From: Eledone cirrhosa
Taxonomy: Eukaryota
Direction of reading: 5' to 3'
DNA: 64,000 bases
Assembly: GCA_964016885.1 (NCBI GenBank)
Contig: OZ024754.1
Coordinates: 28,582,001 to 28,646,000, forward strand
The notes beneath the pieces were generated by a model, which was not told the DNA's origin, ran no database searches, and worked only from the letters and a program-made list of their open reading frames with translations. Positions 25,497 to 36,850 of the stretch are shown piece by piece. The translations under genes were made by a program, and so were the position numbers. Each line of letters starts with the position of its first letter. The stretch's first letter is position 1.

Positions 25497-27043
25497 TATC
25501 ATCATCATTTTACGTCCGCTTTTCCCTACTTGCGAGGGTGGGACAAGTCCTATTCAGCGCAGCACCTCTCCACTTGTCATGGTCCTTCATCATCTCCACC
25601 GTGAGCTTCAGCGATCTGAGGTCTGCTCTCACCACCTCCGCCCATGTTTTTCATGGTCTACTTCTACCACGTCTTCCTTCTACTGGGATTTCCTGGCACT
25701 ACTTCACCCATCGGTCATTGTCCATGCGCATCACATGTCCATACCACACTACAATCTATCCCTCTCAGACACAGTTTCTCTCTCAACACATCCATGCTCG
25801 GTCATTCATGCACATTGTCATTGCACATCCAACGGAGCATGTTTGCCTCATCTCTCTCCAGCTGTCGCATATAACCGGCCTTTCATATGCAGGGAGAAAC
25901 CCTTCTTCGTTAGCAGAGGAAGCAGCTCCCTAAACTTCTTCCAACCCGTCCTTATTCTAGATACTATGGCCTTGGAACCCCCCCCCCCCTCCCATGCTAA
26001 ATCTGATCTCCTAGGTACCGGAAGCTATCCACCACCTCTATAGCACCCACCTGCATTTGAAAAATGTGTCTATCAATGTGACTTCTACTGTCTAATTTCC
26101 CTGTACATCTACTGCATACGTATTTCTCCCTACCTGTTAGTTTGCCTGCTATCCCACTACATCTCTTGTGTACCCAAGATCTGCATTGTGTGCATTTCAC
26201 AGAATTTATGCCAGTTCCCCTCCTGCATATCGAACATGGCCATTTCCCTGACGGAATCAGAGTATTGTCCTCTTTTCTACTCATCAACACTTTTGTCTTA
26301 GCTATGTTCACTCTCAGTCCTCTTGATTCCAACTGCTGTCTCCATAGTCAGAATTTATTCTCTAGCTTCTCTACTGATTCTACTATAAAAACCAGATCGT
26401 CAGCATAAAGAAGTTCCCATGGACAGCCAGTCTTAAACTCCTCTGTTATGGCTTGGAGGACTTTAATGAACAAGAGTGGGCTGATGTACTCCTACCTGCA
26501 TCTGGAATTCCTCACTAAACTTCATTCCTACCCTCACTTTACTGACAGCACCTCTGTACAAAGTTTGCACTGTACTCACAAGCCATTCCTCAACACCTAG
26601 TTTCCTTAGGGACCACCAGATGACAGATCGGAGTACCCTATCAAAGGCCTTGTCTTGGTCAACAAAAGCTAAGTATAGTGGCTTATTCTTCTCTAAGAAC
26701 TTCTCTTGTAGTTATCTCACCAAGAAGAGAGCATCTGTTGTACTTTTCCCAGGCACAAAACCAAACTGCATCTCATCTAGTTTGACCCTTTCTCTAATTA
26801 GTTGTGCTAATATCCTTTCTGCCACTTTCATAACCTGATCTATCAGTTTTATACCCCTATAATTGCTCCTCTCCAGAGCATCCCCTTTACCTTTGTAGCA
26901 ATTTATGAGAATACTGCTGCACCAGTCTTTGGGTATGACACCACCATATATAGCCTGATTGATGATGCGTGCAACTAGTTTAATGCCTACATCCCCTGAT
27001 GCCTTCAGCATCTCAGCAACTATCTCGACGGTCCAGCGGCCTT
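25497..27043 (-). mobile_element. 5'-truncated, internally deleted RTE family A copy
   Basis: Collinear and highly similar to ~5520-7160 (MLKASGDVG...; WPCSICRRGTGINS...), with the same 3' terminus and several deletions and stops. Confidence 0.95.
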
Positions 27044-27046
27044 AAC

Positions 27047-27134
<88 letters not shown>

Positions 27135-27320
27135 CTGCCAGTCGACATTGTAAATGTGGTTGGTGTTAGAAAAAGCATCTACCAGTAGAAAACTTGCCAG
27201 AAACAGTTCTGTACGAGTGAGACACGGTCTCCTGACCATTCTTGCCTCAAGTGGGATAAAACGGTCCAACCCATGCTAGCGTGGATGATGGACGTTAAAT
27301 GATGATGCTGATGGTGATGA
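27135..27320 (+). mobile_element. RTE 3' tail module
   Basis: TGTAAATGTGGTTGGTGTTAG...CTTGCCTCAAGTGGGA...AACCCATGCTAGCGTGGA...GGACGTTAAA(TGA)n. Confidence 0.8.
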
Positions 27321-27779
27321 CATAAGCTCTAATCATTTCAACAGCTAGTTCCAGATTCAGCTGTTGGGTCCCTACTCTTTATAATATAACAATACTCTAC
27401 TACTCCAATTATCAAGTACTCTGTTGAGTAATGGTCTAACCAGTTTCAAACTGAATCCTTTCTGATTTACACATACTCACAAACCCACAAGTATGTGTGT
27501 ATACATACATATATATATATACATAGAAAAAATACGAATTAGAAAAAATATAAACAGCTATAATTTTCATTTATATTAAATGAATGAGGATCATTGAGTA
27601 GAAGTATGGATGATGAATCTAAATCTAAGTCTTTCTCATTCCTGTTGGAGGAACTGCTCCCTAGTTGACCCCCGCCACTTCATATCTCTGACCATACTGA
27701 GGCTTGTGGGTCCAAAGTATTGGGTCAGATTGGTTTCCAGTAGTAGAAACCAAGCCCCAAATCAGTTCTGTATAAGCAA

Positions 27780-27885
27780 AGCATGGTAACCTGACCTAGC
27801 ATTGCCCATGACAGGACAACTCATCTAACCTATGCTAGCGTGGAAGAATGGACATAAAATGGTTATGATGATGATAATGATGATG
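27780..27885 (+). mobile_element. RTE family B-type 3' tail module
   Basis: GCATGGT...ACAGGACAAC...CTAACCTATGCTAGCGTGGAAGAATGGACATAAAA..(TGA)n matches the reverse complement of 8845-8950. Confidence 0.75.
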
Positions 27886-28201
27886 TCGTGCCATTTTGCT
27901 TTTGGCTACCCTTTAGTACTTCTCCACCGCCTTGGTGTCCACTCTGTTGACAGAGATAACCAATAGCTGGTATTGAATCACATGAAAGTAGAAATATATA
28001 TTCTTTTGCAAAGAGAGATTTATGAAAGCTATAATCATCTATTATATGTAGATTCAATAAAGAATATAGGGAAATGTAAGCTAAATATATGAAAAGATAT
28101 ATAAAATAATAGTCGAGGAGTATATAATTGATCATATTTTAACATCTGTTTGGCTAGAGTTAAAATTATAAGCCCAACCATGAATATATATATGAAAGTA
28201 A

Positions 28202-28233
<32 letters not shown>

Positions 28234-28237
<4 letters not shown>

Positions 28238-28312
28238 TTATTAAAATAACAGATTAAAGGGTGAAAGTAGCGATTCTTTGCTTAAACTTTAATCTGTTAT
28301 TTTAATAAATAT
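28234..28312. repeat. Hairpin with 26-bp perfect arms and 27-nt spacer, next to (CA)n(TA)n
   Basis: ATATTTATTAAAATAACAGATTAAAG / CTTTAATCTGTTATTTTAATAAATAT. Confidence 0.9.
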
Positions 28313-28415
28313 TTGCTCTACGGTTATTATATATTTGATATATATTTATCCTTATCGAGCCCTCTTTGGATTTTAGTCTTCAAATTTATTATTATTACTA
28401 TATATATATATAAAG

Positions 28416-28487
<72 letters not shown>

Positions 28488-28548
28488 GTGTTTTGCAACG
28501 GGTCACTTTGTGGCTCAATGAAAAGTTAATAAATTAAATAATCAGCGC

Positions 28549-29040
28549 TATATATCATAAAACATGTCTATAGAATCACCAGATAAAATATATACCATTT
28601 CCTCTCCCAATTAGCATAATTAACCATATAAAAAATCGAATAGACCAAGCTATAAGAATAAGGCTTCTATGAAGAAATCTCCAACAAATAACCGAAACCA
28701 GCCCTTCGTGCCGGCTGCGACGGAATATTTATCGAATATTTTGACAGCGTAGTCGCCCAGATATACAGTCAATTAAACAGAATTAGGTGTAAAATAAACT
28801 AGGAGAAAAGTGAACACATTTAGTTACGTCGACCATGGTTTCGTCCGCATTTTAAGATATCCGATAGCTTCGGAACCTAAAGCACCGGACTCTTCAGGAA
28901 GTTAGCTTAAATTTAGACAATAAATTTTCAAAAGTGATCGCGTGATAGCTTGGTCTATTCGATTTTTTATATGGTTAATTATGCTAATTGGGATAGGAAA
29001 TGGTATATATTTTATCTGGTGATTCTATAGACATGTTTTA

Positions 29041-29049
<9 letters not shown>
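28549..29049. repeat. Inverted repeat, ~104-bp near-identical arms (28549-28653 / 28945-29049) around a hammerhead-bearing spacer
   Basis: One mismatch seen between arms. The right arm runs into pure (TA)n. Confidence 0.95.
28826..28902 (-). ncRNA. Type I hammerhead ribozyme motif with extended stem II
   Basis: Minus strand reads ACTTC-CTGAAGA-GTCCG..TTTAGGT-TCCGA-AGCTA-TCGGA-TATCTTAAA..CGGAC-GAAAC-CATG-GTC|GACGT. G10.1-C11.1 is canonical, loop III CATG is palindromic and stem I pairs 4 of 5. Confidence 0.82.
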
Positions 29050-29114
<65 letters not shown>

Positions 29115-29153
29115 TTTATAAATAATAATCAAAGAGCATTTAGAACATTTAAT

Positions 29154-29200
29154 TACTTACGATTGTTTCATCCTAGCACAAGGCTGATATCATCAGAGTA
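29154..29200 (-). ncRNA. Hammerhead motif (left arm)
   Basis: Minus strand reads TACT-CTGATGA-TATCAGC-CTTGT-GCTAGGAT-GAAAC-AATC-GTA|AGTA. Stem I is TACT/AGTA and stem II is partly decayed. Confidence 0.7.
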
Positions 29201-29793
29201 TATAATAAAGGTTGAAACACAAATATAATGTCAGAAGTTTGTCATAAGAACATTAGGAAGATACATAATATGGGAAGTAAGAATAAGTATCAACATTTAT
29301 ATAAGAAAAGATAGCAAAAGTAAAAGAAGCATATGAAAAATATGAGTATATAAATGCAATAAAATAAAATCAGGAGCAGCTAAAAGCATTACAAATTTAA
29401 AAAACATGCTGCTATAAATTTAAAAATATATTTTTGTATTTTAAAATTTATATTTGAACTGAACACCTACTCTTATTAACTTTATAAACTTCTGTAATGC
29501 TTATGATATTTATTTATTTACTAATTATGATATGACTTGCACTATACTTAACCTATCTATAGCAGTATGTTTCTCTATAACATCATGGTTTTTTTTTTAT
29601 TTCTAATGCTTTTAACTGCTCCTAATTTTATTTTATTGCATTCATATGCTCATTTTTTCATATGTTTCTTTTACCTTTGCTATCTTTTCTTATATAAATG
29701 TTGATACTTATTCTTACTTCCCATATTATGTATCCTCCTAATGTTCTTATGACAAACTTATAACATTATATTTGTGTTTCAACCTTTAATATA

Positions 29794-29840
29794 TACTCTG
29801 ATGAACCCGGCCTTGTGCTAGGATGAAACAATCATAAGTA
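29794..29840 (+). ncRNA. Hammerhead motif (right arm)
   Basis: TACT-CTGATGA-ACCCGGC-CTTGT-GCTAGGAT-GAAAC-AATC-ATA|AGTA. Confidence 0.65.
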
Positions 29841-29978
29841 ATTAAATGTTCTAAACACTCTTTGATTGTTGTATATAAAGTATTTCAGCCCTGTAATATA
29901 CTTGTTATTTTACATTGAACTATTCTCATACTTGTAATTGGATAATATTTAATATTACCCACATTATATATATATATA

Positions 29979-30015
<37 letters not shown>

Positions 30016-30036
30016 GCATACATACATACACATAGC

Positions 30037-30182
30037 TTTAGGAAGGTCATCCAGCCGTAGACCAGCCAGAAACAATCCTATGTGAGTAAGACATGGTCAC
30101 CCGACCCAACTTGCCTCTAAATGGGACAATCCCATCTAACCCATGCGAGCGGGGAAGATAGACATTAAACCATGATGATGAT
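30037..30182 (+). mobile_element. RTE 3' tail module
   Basis: TTAGGAAGGTCATCCAGCCGTAGA...CTAACCCATGCGAGCGGGGAAGATAGACATTAAACCATGATGAT. Confidence 0.78.
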
Positions 30183-30463
30183 ACATATACACACACATAC
30201 ACACACACATATATGTATGTATATATACATATATGTACATATACACACGCACACACCCATCTATACACCCACACACACGTATAGGTACTTATAGTTACCA
30301 AGGTATATAACTTCATGTATTTAAATAAGCATCAGCATCGTTTTTATCTTCATTGGTCTATTTTCAACTTAGCCTTTACATATAGTGGCTTTCAATGGAT
30401 ATATGCTAATGGAAGGATTAACTTATTTATATTTATCTCAAAACCATCCATTATCATTTTATA

Positions 30464-30758
30464 TAAAGGATAAGGATAAAGATCCCATAACTCCTTGTGG
30501 AGATGTAGAGGCACCGACATACGGTGTGTCTAGGGCACTTTTAAATGTGACAAAGCCCAACCCTCTCCAGGTCTGAACACAGCCGATTTTCTCTATAGAG
30601 GAAGAATCGACCTCAGTACTGGGCTGGTACGTTTTTTTATCAACCTGAAAGGATAAGTTGACCCTGGCAGCATTTGAACTCAGAGTGCGCAATGAAGTGG
30701 GACGAATACCATGAAGCATTCTATCTAATGTCTTAACGACTCTGCCAATTTGCCACCT
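30464..30758 (-). mobile_element. SINE (second family), near complete, with (ATCCTT)-like tail
   Basis: Minus strand reads GGTGGCAAATTGGCAGAGTCGTTA...CTGAGTTCAAAT...GTACCAG...GTCGAT...GGGATCTTTATCCTTATCCTTTAT. Confidence 0.75.
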
Positions 30759-32859
30759 ATATATTATTTTAAATTATTTTCCAAACACTAACTTAATAAA
30801 GAGAAAGTTATTTCATTCATTTAAAAAAAAAAAATGATTTTCAAATCATAGACAGTGTCTTTCAATAGAAATATGGTAATGAATCGATTAATATAACATA
30901 TTTTCATTGAATTATTATTGAAAGGTGACAAAAGAATGGCTAGTTGTAAATTTAGTGATGGTGAACTTCTTATAATGTAAGACACATATTACAGTTAGCT
31001 GATTTCCAATTTTCTATAACTTAAAAACTGTGTTGTTTTTCCCATAGAGGCATGCTGTAAACTGATATGCATATTTGTATTAACCCTTTTATGACCATAT
31101 TTCTAATAAGAATATATTCTGCTTCTGTGTATTCATTTTCAGAATAATTAAGAATTATGATGGGTTTAGGGAAATAATTACATAAAAAATTTTACATATC
31201 GCCATCTTATATATGATTATATATGATATCCTCTCATGCAATAACGAGAGCTCGCTTGTGGATTTGAATTTAAATATCAACTATTTGATAAAGGCAGTTT
31301 CATGCAGGATCACATTGAATGACTTAATCAATAAAACACAGTTATCTTTCATTGCTGTTAATACTGGGATCAAACATGGATTTTGATTTTGGCTTTAATT
31401 CATGTTGTATTGAGTGATTGAAATGTACTGGAAATTGATGAAAGTTCAGCATAGAATTCTATTAATCTGTTTAACAAATGACTCAATCTTTAGAAGATGG
31501 ATATACACTTCTTTTCCCTGTAGGAAATGTGTAATCAAACTAAAGATTTTGTTAAATTTGGAATGTCAGTTTGAATTAACATATATTTATTTGGAACTTT
31601 GAATAATGAGGGTTATATTCATTATAATTCCTTTATATATTATTCATATTATCAGAATTCAATAGGAATCACAAAATTTTCAACACACACATGTGAAATC
31701 AAAGCTTTTATTCTTACAAAAGGCTGGTAGATTTTTATGTAAAAATGATAGTAGTAAAACATTGTACCATCAAGTATTATCATCACCATTCAATGGAAAA
31801 CATTGAAAATTATATCCTAAAGGCACGTTGTTTTGAGACGAAAAATCAAAGGTTACTTTTGTAATAATAAAACAGAAAAAACCCATATCTAATCAAAGTA
31901 ATCATTATAAATTTTGTAAAAGATAGGCACATGCAGAAGAATAATTCTATATTTCTTAGAATTGCTTTTGTTAAAATGGAACTTTGCTATCCATATTCAG
32001 TTTAATTTGTTGTTAAGAAATTGCAGCAACAAAGCTATTTGAATTACATTTATTATGTATGTTTTATTTTGTCATCATCATCATCTTCCCTGCTATTGTT
32101 ATTACTCTAACCTTTGTCATCATCATCATCATCATCATCATTAATATCATCTTCATTTATATTATTATTTTAGTGTGGCAACAATGTCTTATGTTTGATT
32201 TGAATAGATATTTTGATAAGTTTTTCAAGAAGTGGCACAACAGTTGAATTTTTAGAAAACTATATTGACTACACAGAGCAGTTTTGTAATGCTGTTGTTA
32301 AAAGCATGGATAATAGATCTGGGTATTATTTCCATCAGTCTGTTAATTTCATGAACAAAAAAAATCCATCTTATTTAGAATACAGAAATATATCACTGAA
32401 TTGTAAACAATGATGATGATGAGCAATAATATACGCTGGTCGAACAATATAAAACCACCTTCATATGTGTTGGTGATTGTTGACTAAATTCTTCACAATC
32501 TGTCTGGTCTGGAAAGAATGCCTGGAGAGAGAAACCAAGGATGCTCCCACCAATGGTAGATGGAAAGATCTGATCCTAAAATGGTTTCAATGTCAATTAT
32601 GGGTAGGACTCAATGCAATGCCAAGGAATAAGGGAAAACAATGGAAGAAATATGTTCATGTTATCTTGTTCTCTACTGTAAGCTGAATTAAGTGTTAAAA
32701 TAAAATATGCTATGTTCTGTCTATATCTGATGTTAAACTACTCCAGCCATATGCATTGAGGAAAAGCGAATTAAGTGACTAACTTGGAAATACAAGTAAA
32801 TGTTTTTAGCTGAAGTAAATTCAAGACTCTTTATCCTATCTCTACTATTTCTTTTCTGG

Positions 32860-33295
32860 CATACGTCAAAATGACCGGTCTCAAAAGTGAAACTAATTTT
32901 TGACAGTTACGTACACGTTATAAGAGTTATTTAAATTTATATATATAAAATAGAGGAGCAAATAAGAACATGATATGAAGTCAGTCATGTGTGTGTGTAT
33001 ATATGTGTGTGTGTGTGTAAACGAATGTAAAAGAATATATGTAGGGCATAGATAAGGTTTCCTAGAATTTTACACACACACACATATATACACACACACG
33101 TGTATATATTATAGTGTGTGTGTACTTTTACATTCGTTTACACACACACACACATATATACACACACATGACTGACTTCATATCATGCTCTTATTTGCTC
33201 CTTTATTTTATATATATAAATTTAAATAACTCTTATAACGTGTACGTAACTGTCAAAAATTGTTTCACTTTTGAGACTGGCCGTTTTGATGTATG
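32860..33295. repeat. Inverted repeat, ~170-bp arms (32860-33033 / 33125-33295) including (GT)n/(AC)n
   Basis: Reverse-complementary arms with a few substitutions. Confidence 0.93.
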
Positions 33296-33590
33296 TCTTC
33301 TTTTCTTATGTAAGCAAATAAATGTTAATGTGTTAGTATGTTCTTATATAATACATACACATCCGTACATATATACATACACATACATACATCATATATA
33401 TAGTTATACATACATATATACATACTTTATATACATACTTTATACATCATACACGCATACATACATCATGCATGCATACATACATACACAAACATACATA
33501 CATCTTACATACATACATATATATATATAATATAAATAGTGAAAACAATGAAATTAAACAAAATACAGATAATTCATAGTAAAACTAATC

Positions 33591-33719
33591 ATTTCACGAT
33601 CGTTTCTGAAGGGTAGTTCTCCGTATGTTCATTCTATTAGTGATCTATGTAAAATATATTACAAATTATCAAAGTAAGAAAATATACAAACGTCTTCCCT
33701 ACCTGCTATCTTCAGAAAT
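33591..33719 (-). ncRNA. Degenerate hammerhead motif with long stem II insert (G at position 17)
   Basis: Minus strand reads ATTT-CTGAAGA-TAGCAGGTAG..CTACCCTTCA-GAAAC-GATC-GTG|AAAT. Loop III GATC is palindromic and stem I is ATTT/AAAT. Confidence 0.55.
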
Positions 33720-33721
33720 AA

Positions 33722-33810
33722 TTGTTTCTACTTTTGGCACAAGGCCAGCAATTACACAGTACATTACTGGTACTTTATTTTATGGACCTCTGTATGGATG
33801 AAAGGCTAAT
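33722..33810 (-). mobile_element. 3' fragment of second SINE family
   Basis: Minus strand CCTTTCATCC...AAAGTACCAGTAATGTACTG...GGCCTTGTGCCAAAAGTAGAAAC. Confidence 0.7.
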
Positions 33811-34513
33811 GAGTTTTGTTTATTGAAGAATATAAAAACATGTATGAATAAGTAACCTTTTAAGAACAAGGTTGAGATTGACCAATAGTAAAAATAGGAA
33901 GGGGCAATATAGATCATTAAGCTGGTACATGAATAAATTAGCAGTCAGGGGATGAGGTATCAAATGACCTTTAAGAAAAGAAAGAGTGTAAATGAATTTA
34001 GACAGATTGTATAGAAATTTCAGAAAAGTGTGGATGGTCAAGAAAGATTAAAGTTGGAGGAAAAGGGGTGCAGATATCAGTGTGTTATATCCAGTAGAAT
34101 AGTATAGAACAATCCTAAATATTTGTTATTTCTTTGTTCAAGAGGAATAATTTGTTCTAAAAATAGAACTAGTACAGGAATATATATGAAACCAAAGAAA
34201 AGTAAAAATTAGATAAAGAAATATATAGGTAAGAAAATAATAAAATTTGTGTAAGTATTGTATTGTGTTAGAGTGGTCAGAATAAAGTTTTACCTGTAGG
34301 GAATTTTATTTTCGAAAAAGTAGTCACAGATATCTGAAATTCAAAAGCAAATGACAGGAATGAAGAAAGATGGAGATGTAAAAATAGGCAGACACGAATC
34401 ATGACAAAATACATTGTCTTTCTGAAAAATTTAGAGGAATTTACTAAAATTATTATTTCTTATTAGTTTTTATATTAATTATATTGGAGAAGTTTACTTT
34501 AAATAAAAACCCT

Positions 34514-34741
34514 TTAACCTTTTAGCATTCAAACTGGCCATATCTGCCCAGAATTCTCTCACCTCTTTCTGTTTAAACCAGCCAGAACTGGCCACTCATA
34601 CTGATGTTATGGTATTGTTCTCACAATAAATAATATCAAAATCTCGTAGCTTCGATATTATGTGAGATAATTATGTAAATAAAGCCTTTACCACAAAAAT
34701 ACAATAGTAAATATAGAGTAATGTAAATGCCAAAAGGTTAA
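34514..34741. mobile_element. TTAA-flanked MITE (piggyBac-like ends)
   Basis: TTAA-CCTTTTAGCATT ... AATGCCAAAAGG-TTAA, a 12-bp TIR with one mismatch. Confidence 0.8.
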
Positions 34742-34940
34742 AATCGTTGTTTTGTTCCATAGAACCATGGTTGTTTATATGTGGATTGGTATCAAACGAT
34801 TTAAGTCCACTTTCCATGATTGCATGGGCTGGATAGGTCATCAGGGTTTAAGAAATATGTTATTTGGAGTTTCTGTCTTTCTAGACAAATTTTGTATAGA
34901 TTTCTGAGTTGAGGAATAATCATGATTATAAACTGATGAA

Positions 34941-35142
34941 AGGGCGGTGAATTGGCAGTATCGGTTAGGTGATAGAATTACAACCCTTTACATTCTGAGT
35001 TCAAATGCCGTCAAGGTTAGCTTTGCTTTTCATCCTTACAGGATTGATAAATGAAGCACCAGTAATGCACTGGGGTCGATTTAATCGTCTTTTCCCTCCC
35101 CCCAAATTGTTGGTCTTGTGCCTAAATCAGAAACCATTATTA
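34941..35142 (+). mobile_element. SINE (second family)
   Basis: GGCGGTGAATTGGCAGTATCGGTTAG...CTGAGTTCAAAT...CTTTGCTTTTCATCC...CTGGGGTCGATTTAATCG...CTTGTGCCTAAATCAGAAACCATTATTAT. Confidence 0.82.
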
Positions 35143-35364
35143 TAAATTGGTTTATTCAAACTAATGTTCTCATGCTGAAAGTGAAGGTTAATCAGATCAG
35201 GTAGGGAAGGGTTGATTAAACATCAGGGTTGTTCAAAAGAGCAGAAAGAATTATAGTAGTGGTAACAGAGAGAGAGAGAGAGATAGGGTATAGTATTGAC
35301 GTTGTTGTTTGTTCATGAACCGAGGTTTGCCAATCTGAGAAATGGTTTCTTTTGAATGCAGTCT

Positions 35365-35520
35365 AGAAAAGCAGTGTTGGTAGAGGGTTCGATTAAATGT
35401 CGCAGTATTTATTATGGTTTTCTGTGCTCTGATTTCAAATCCTGCTGAGGCCATCTTTGTCTTTCATCATTTCAGTATCAGTAAATAAAATGCCAGTCAA
35501 TGTTTGAAGAGTCAGATGTG
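35365..35520 (+). mobile_element. Decayed SINE (second family)
   Basis: TTCAAATCCTGCTGAGGCCATCTTTGTCTTTCATC similarity. Confidence 0.55.
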
Positions 35521-36549
35521 TTGTATTGTGGTATATAATCTTATTTTGTGTATTCATAGTTCAAATTCAACTTCCTTCTGCCAAGAACTGTGATCAGGAG
35601 ATAATATCTGCAATGGAAAGATTAATGGACACATAGTTTCTTTGGTCTGATTTCAAAAATGGCTCATTTCTTTTTTTATTGTAGTAATGAAGTTTTAGCT
35701 ATTTTAGAGATCTGTATCTATCATGATTAGAGATCAGTGGTGATTGTAAAAGCTAACATTTGTAATGACTGTAGCTTATTAGCAAACCACTGAAGTCTCA
35801 AAGTCAATAGTTAATCCCTCACTTGTGATGGATGCAGTTGATTAGGGAGAAAAATCTGACAATTTACTATCACATTTGTGTGTGATAAATATTTATAGAC
35901 TGATAAACGAAAATGGAGCTAGTTGGTCAAATAAATGTACATATTTTAATTAGCTAGGAATTAAATTGTCAGATTTCAACAGGGTGATTAGATTATCAAT
36001 CAAATGATTTCAATTTGCTTCAAATGTTCCAACCAATATATACACTGTTTTTCTGGCAATACATACATTGTTTTTTTTTTTATTTGGAATCTCTTAAAGT
36101 AGCAATAAAAACTAATATATATGCACAGAAGCTGTTGTATCCAGCCCAGCAGCTGTCAATGCTTTTTCATGTTATCTCCTTTTGTATGTTTTTCAAGAGG
36201 AGTGTCTAAATAACTGCATTACATGCAATCTGCTTATTGGTTGAGTTACAAGTTAATTTAGATAAAATTCTCTGATCTCTGGTTTTGTTCATCCCTACAC
36301 CTAGCTGTTAAAGTATCCTGGTTATAAAAACAATGTAGGGGTTCATTCTTGTTGAATCAATTGCCTATATTATATTATCCAGTGAAAATAGGAAATGTCT
36401 GTTTTCAACCTAAGCTGGATTCCATTTTCCTGTCTTTTTATACAATTATTACACAGCTTAAATCTGTTATTTCTCTGCTGGGAGTAGAAAATACAGCCAT
36501 GTTACTGTATTGCTCATCTTGTCAAGCTGGTATTATTATTATTTGATTA

Positions 36550-36850
36550 GTGGTTGCAAGCATCTACTTCTCCGAATTGAGAGATCACAGCTCCAATACT
36601 AGAGACATGTGGTTAGAATGTCTCAGGAAAGAATTGCTGGACAGTTTTTATGAGCAAAACCAACTTGTAGGAGACCCAGGGGAAGACCTCGAGCAAGATG
36701 GTTGGATAACATCCATGAGCTTGGCTGGTCTCACTCGGGGATCCAGCCAGATCAGTTGGAGATGGTTGTTTCTGATAGGACCCACTGGAGGGAGTGTTTG
36801 AGGACTCTGCCCCCATGATCCTCCCAGGAATAAGTGGGTGAAGAAGAGAA
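36550..36850 (+). mobile_element. 3' fragment of a further RTE-like LINE with (GAA)n tail
   Basis: Across frames: LRIERSQLQY*RHVVRMSQERI...RPRGRPRARWLDNIHELGWS...DRTHWRECL. A second copy lies at 40384-40598. Confidence 0.8.

Larger units (their letters stand above)
29111..29883. repeat. Long imperfect inverted repeat (~29111-29416 / 29558-29883) with a hammerhead motif in each arm
   Basis: Reverse-complementary arms with scattered substitutions. The left end abuts pure (TA)n. Confidence 0.95.

Noticed and set aside
27600-27760. Possible LINE 3' end on the minus strand with TTAGAT tail
   Set aside because: Only faint resemblance, and no motif survives in frame.
32450-32660. Old LINE 3' remnant (PRM...RWKD-like)
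   Set aside because: Too degenerate to support as a feature.
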